The position numbers and the translations under genes were made by a program. A DNA stretch of 64,000 nucleotides from Gekko japonicus (Eukaryota): the NCBI RefSeq assembly GCF_001447785.1, contig NW_015164198.1:202828-266827 (forward strand), in the 5' to 3' direction. The notes under the pieces were generated by a model that saw only the letters and a list, made by a program, of their open reading frames with translations, did no database searches and was not told where the DNA came from. Below, in pieces: positions 59,844-64,000 of the stretch (the first letter of the stretch is position 1; each line of letters starts with the position of its first letter).

Positions 59844-60615
59844 CGGGATTGCATTTTTGTTGTTGTTATAGGGAGTTGTTGTTGTTCTTATTCTGTCTGC
59901 ATTTTCAGTTTTGCCCTCTGAAGTAAAAAAAAAAGCAGATACATATCAATTATTAAATAAAAGATTAAGTCTAAATAAGTAGCTTAGTTCACATTTATGC
60001 CAGACCGTGCTTATGCTTGCTCTTTGCTCGAATACCTGAAGCAGGCGAATTGGAATTGTTTAATCTTAAGCAGTTATTACCTTATTTCAAAGATATATTC
60101 CATAATGAGCTTAATTAAACAAAGACAGCCCAGGAATGGAAAAGATTAGGATTATCTCATTAAGGGATGCATTATTTCTAATGAGATTTACACAACTATT
60201 TGTCTTATTTTATCAAGCCAGTGTATTATTCCTCTCTCTCTTAGCCCTCCTGCAGTGAGACATATCTATACCTCCAAGAGATAGCACAACCCATTTTAGC
60301 ACAAAGAAATAAACACAGAGGCAAATGTTTCGGTTGAAAAATTTCTCATCAGTTTTCAATAAAGCCAAGGCTAGTATATCTAGATAACCCCTTTCTAGGG
60401 TTCCCACCCCCCTTTTTTAAAAAAAAAGGAAAGAAAGAAAAGACTTATTTACAAACCTTTAGGCACAGGAGCTATTCCATTAAGGTGAATGATTTTCTTT
60501 AAGGTAAACTATACATTAGTCTAAATGGGAAATATCCCTGTTTTGTGCATCGTAACTGTTACAGCTTATTTGAAAGAGACTGGTTGTATTTATGAGCTGG
60601 GAAACAGACTATTGG

Positions 60616-60693
60616 ATCTCTGTTTTTTCCTTCCTTTTCATACTATGTTTGCATTGTATGCTGGTCTTAAGACCATAATAATAAAACTAAACT
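60616..60693 (+). mobile_element. Very short 3' end of an RTE-X-like LINE
   Basis: GTATGCTGGTCTTAAGACCATAATAATAAA plus ACTAA repeats, the same end as 49192-49216; 13-bp TSD AACAGACTATTGG at 60603-60615 and 60694-60706. Confidence 0.8.
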
Positions 60694-60885
60694 AACAGAC
60701 TATTGGTTAGCTAAATCTCTTAGAATGTATGGTCCAAACTTCTGTATGTTTTACACATGGTGTAGCATGACCACTTCCCATGTGCATGTAGAAGCTCCAG
60801 AGTGACCACAAGCCTTTGTGATCAGTCCAGTTGGGTTGCATAGAAGTGGCTAACTAATGCATAGTCTTCTATGTACAGGTCCCTA

Positions 60886-61321
60886 TTCATAGAATCATAG
60901 AGTTGGAAGGGATCTCCAGGGTCATCTAGTCCAGCCCCCTGCACAAGGCAGGAAATTCACAAATACCTCCCCCTCCACACACCAGTGACCTCTGTTCCAT
61001 GCCCAGAAAATGACAACAAAACCTCCAGGATCTCCAGCCAAACTGGCCTGGAGAAAAATTGCTTCCTGACCTCAAAGTGGCAATCAGCATTTTCCTGGGC
61101 ATGTAAGAAAGGGCCACAAGAACTAAGCACTGATGCAACCCTTCCTGCCCTCCCTCTCATGATCTGCCTAGGTTCACAGGATCAGCATTGCTGTCTGATG
61201 CCCATCTAGTCTCTGTATGAAATCTCCAAAGAAGGAGAGCCCACCACCTCCCAAGGAATCCTGTTCCACTGAGGAACTGCTCTGTCAGGAAGTTCTTCCC
61301 AATGTTTAGCCGAAAATTCTT
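60886..61321 (-). mobile_element. CR1 LINE 3' end (second subfamily)
   Basis: TCATAGAATCATAGAGTTGGAAGGGATCTCCAGGGTCATCTAGTCC is a CR1 (ATTCTATG)n tail in reverse; the upstream part encodes FRLNIGKNFLT...QWNR.PWEVV. Confidence 0.9.
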
Positions 61322-62199
61322 CACAATGAAGTTTCACTTGTGAGCTAAGACTTACTCCCACAACTTAGCTCATGTAAAAAGCTGGATCCAACCAGTTTTT
61401 CCTCTGATGAAAAAAGGAAGACAGGATTCTCTTGGATCACTGAAAAGGTTATATTTTGGATCATGGGAACTGTATGGCCAAAGGCCGAATGGAAAGTGGG
61501 CTAGAAGGGAATTAGCTGAGATTAAGCAAAACAGCTGGCTGGATCCAACCCAACTCTTACACACTCTGGCTGTGTATGAACTAGGACAATGTTTGGTAGA
61601 TATCTATCATTTCTTGTTAATTATGTTTGCTCTTATAAATCCATTTTAGATGTTATTGTTTTACTTATTTGAAATATTCTCTTTTGGTAAACATGTAAAG
61701 CAATTTCCTGCACAAATCTTTAGTTGTCCAGAAGTAAATCATTCTCCTCTTGCCCAATAGTTGTTTACACCAAGTCCTGGATCTTTCTTATGATCCACTG
61801 TGAATTTTTGATAAGTTCACTTGCATGGATATGCATACAATACACATTTATATGCATTATCTTATATGTATTTGATCTTTGTTGCAATCTTTATTTCCCT
61901 AATGATCATATGCATCCAAGGGTACCCAGTACTTTCCCTCCTTCCCACTCAAGAGACATCTATAAAAATGGGCAAAATAATTAAAAAATATATGTAAAAT
62001 ATTACTATCCCAGTTTATCTCCATAGACTTGGCGGCTAATAAACTACAGCAAGTTGCAAAGCCACCAAAACAGCACAATCGTCCATAAACAAGATAAAGC
62101 ACACAGGTTAAAAACACAGCCAGATCTGTCAAAACAATTTACCATCCACCAAATGTAAATGTAATTAAAACTTGTTACATACCTACTTAAATGTATCAA

Positions 62200-62390
62200 A
62201 TGATTATATTCCAGTAGACTGGGTCTATCTCAGAGAAGGCTGGCAAATGGACAATGGTAGGAAAGGGTATCCCCATGAGAAGGCTGTCTGAGGAACACAA
62301 CTGGGAGATGCAGTTGAATAAGTGTGAGGGCCCCAGGTCATTAAGTGATTCTGAGTTACTAATCAGTCCACCCCACTCCATTTTTTAAGA
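62200..62390 (-). mobile_element. Old L2 fragment
   Basis: SLNDLGPSHL...AFSEIDPVYWN motif. Confidence 0.5.
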
Positions 62391-62452
62391 AGTCTTACCA
62401 TTGTTATTCATGTAAGTCCATGTTATCATAGTTATTTTGCACATGTACATTT

Positions 62453-62769
62453 ATATATATATATAAAGGTTTTATTGACTCCTAAAAAGGAGAGGTATTT
62501 CGCTTAAAATAGAAAAATTGGGAGGGTATATAGTGGGAGAAAGAAAAAGCTGAGTGATATATTAACTGGTAAATTAAACTGTTAATAATGTCCAATTATT
62601 CTTCTTAGGCTTCTTCTGTGAGCAGTCAAAGTTCTTTTTTCAGTCCAGTTATAGGTATTATCTACGTTAGTATGTTAGTAATGTTCCTTTGAATTTCTGT
62701 TAAAAAGCTTCTTTCGGGCGCCTTCAGAACCGCTTCTGTGCGTGCTGGTTTCTTTTTCACTTCCGTTGG
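62453..62769 (-). mobile_element. 5'-truncated retroelement with (TA)n tail, possibly the 3' end of an ORF1-only element
   Basis: 14-bp TSD GCACATGTACATTT at 62439-62452 and 62770-62783; AATAAA before the tail; short charged reading frame NGSEKETSTHRSGSEGARKKLF...* before the UTR. Confidence 0.7.
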
Positions 62770-63107
62770 GCACATGTACATTTTCACTCAGCCTTATGTG
62801 AGGCATAGTTCATCTCATTTAAAGACTCGGCCCAACCATCCAAGACCCTGGGCAAAAACAGTTTCCCCTACTGTGAAGAGACTAAAGTCCCTGCAAGTCA
62901 AGTCAACAAAACACCATCACAGCTACCATGCAGTTGCAAAAATGTCTGAAGTGGTTGATGGGCATGCAAGAAGATCAGATGTTTGGCTCACAAGTATGAT
63001 TATGACTACTGAACAAGTCATGGTCAACTATCAAATATGTTTGCCATAGAAGAGTGTTCGACTGTCCTCGACCAGAGCTAGGGAGATCTGGGCCTTACAG
63101 GATTTGA

Positions 63108-63155
63108 TTCCTTCCTTCCTTCCTTCCTTCCTTCCTTCCTTCCTTCCTTCCTTCC
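63108..63155. repeat. (TTCC)n microsatellite
   Basis: Seen directly. Confidence 0.95.
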
Positions 63156-63645
63156 AGAACAGAGTGCTAAATGCCCAGTTTGTTTAACTAAGTGAAGTAT
63201 CAGATGTTACAAACAATACTGATTTCCTCTTTTTCCAAAAATAATAATAAGAAAAACCTAATTTTTTGTCAATTTGATGCATAGATAACAATTTAAACTT
63301 TTTATAGGAAATTATAAAAAACATGTTTTTTGTTCCATTTGCCATATGCATATCCATGTTTGTCCAGCTAATGGATTTGCATCTGACTCATATTATAAAG
63401 AAGCATAACAAAGTCCTATTATATCTGTTAGAAATACTGTGAACAGCTAACTACATGAATTTCATACTTCTGGTAATAAGAGAGAAGAAAAATGAAAGGG
63501 AGGGGGGGGATCACTTCTTATGGAGACCACAGAGAGTCACTATTCAACACATAGAGCATAAAACAGGGTTTTTTCCAGTAAAGAGAATCCTTTCAGGTGC
63601 CAATGTTATTACGTAACAGGGGAGGAAGCAGAGAAACATAGTACT

Positions 63646-63974
63646 GAAGCTGTACATGCATCAGCCCCAGGTCCATTCGAGCATCTATAGGATCATGTTG
63701 ACAGTCTGCCTAGGGGAGGTCACACCGAACAAGGTAATTGAGGCTAGTATTTCTCTCTCCTGCAATTGCCGAGGCAGTATCCTTATTGTCTCTTATTATC
63801 TCTTCAAACTGGGATTTCTGCCAGCACTTCAACTTTACAGCTGTTAAACTGTTTAGAAAGTTGAAGGTTGTTGTTAGCAATTGCTAAGAAATCCTGATAG
63901 TAGCGAAAAAAAAATAAAAATCCACGGAGCCGTACCTTTAGCGTCTTTATCGGGCGTCGGCCAAACCGGAAGTC
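63646..63974 (-). mobile_element. L1-like 5' end fragment (GACTTCCGGTT start)
   Basis: CCAAACCGGAAGTC at 63961-63974 with a CpG-rich downstream segment; possible 7-bp TSD TAGTACT at 63639-63645 and 63975-63981. Confidence 0.5.
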
Positions 63975-64000
63975 TAGTACTATCTTCAAATGCATACCAC

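Noticed and set aside
1-64000. CRISPR arrays or prokaryotic operons/defence systems
   Set aside because: The sequence is vertebrate and has no regularly spaced repeat-spacer array; the Dam-like domain belongs to the DIRS element.

Overview
Vertebrate genomic DNA. The repeat content (Sauria-type SINE, tRNA- and 5S-derived SINEs, BovB, CR1, L2, L1/Tx1, RTE-X-like, Penelope remnants, DIRS) points to a squamate reptile; a gecko is an inference. No host protein-coding exon can be supported, so the window looks intronic or intergenic, with a 130-N gap at 56904-57033. Nearly all long ORFs are transposon-derived or chance. Highlights: (1) minus-strand, TSD-flanked retroelements that begin with GACTTCCGGTT and carry only an L1 ORF1 (or its remnant) plus a 3' UTR and tail, with no ORF2 (58181-59843, 47415-48656; related fragments at 62453-62769 and 63646-63974), i.e. 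a candidate half-L1/HAL1-like non-autonomous system. (2) A DIRS1-type retrotransposon (38112-42698) with intact ITRs, rE and ICR and a largely retained Dam-like methyltransferase domain, but with deletions through RT, RNase H and tyrosine recombinase, and a hAT MITE inserted in its right ITR. (3) Many hAT (8-bp TSD) and Harbinger-like (3-bp TSD) MITEs, including a fully palindromic 258-bp one. (4) A BovB insertion with a 5' fold-back hairpin. Family names come from motif recognition by eye, not from database searches.
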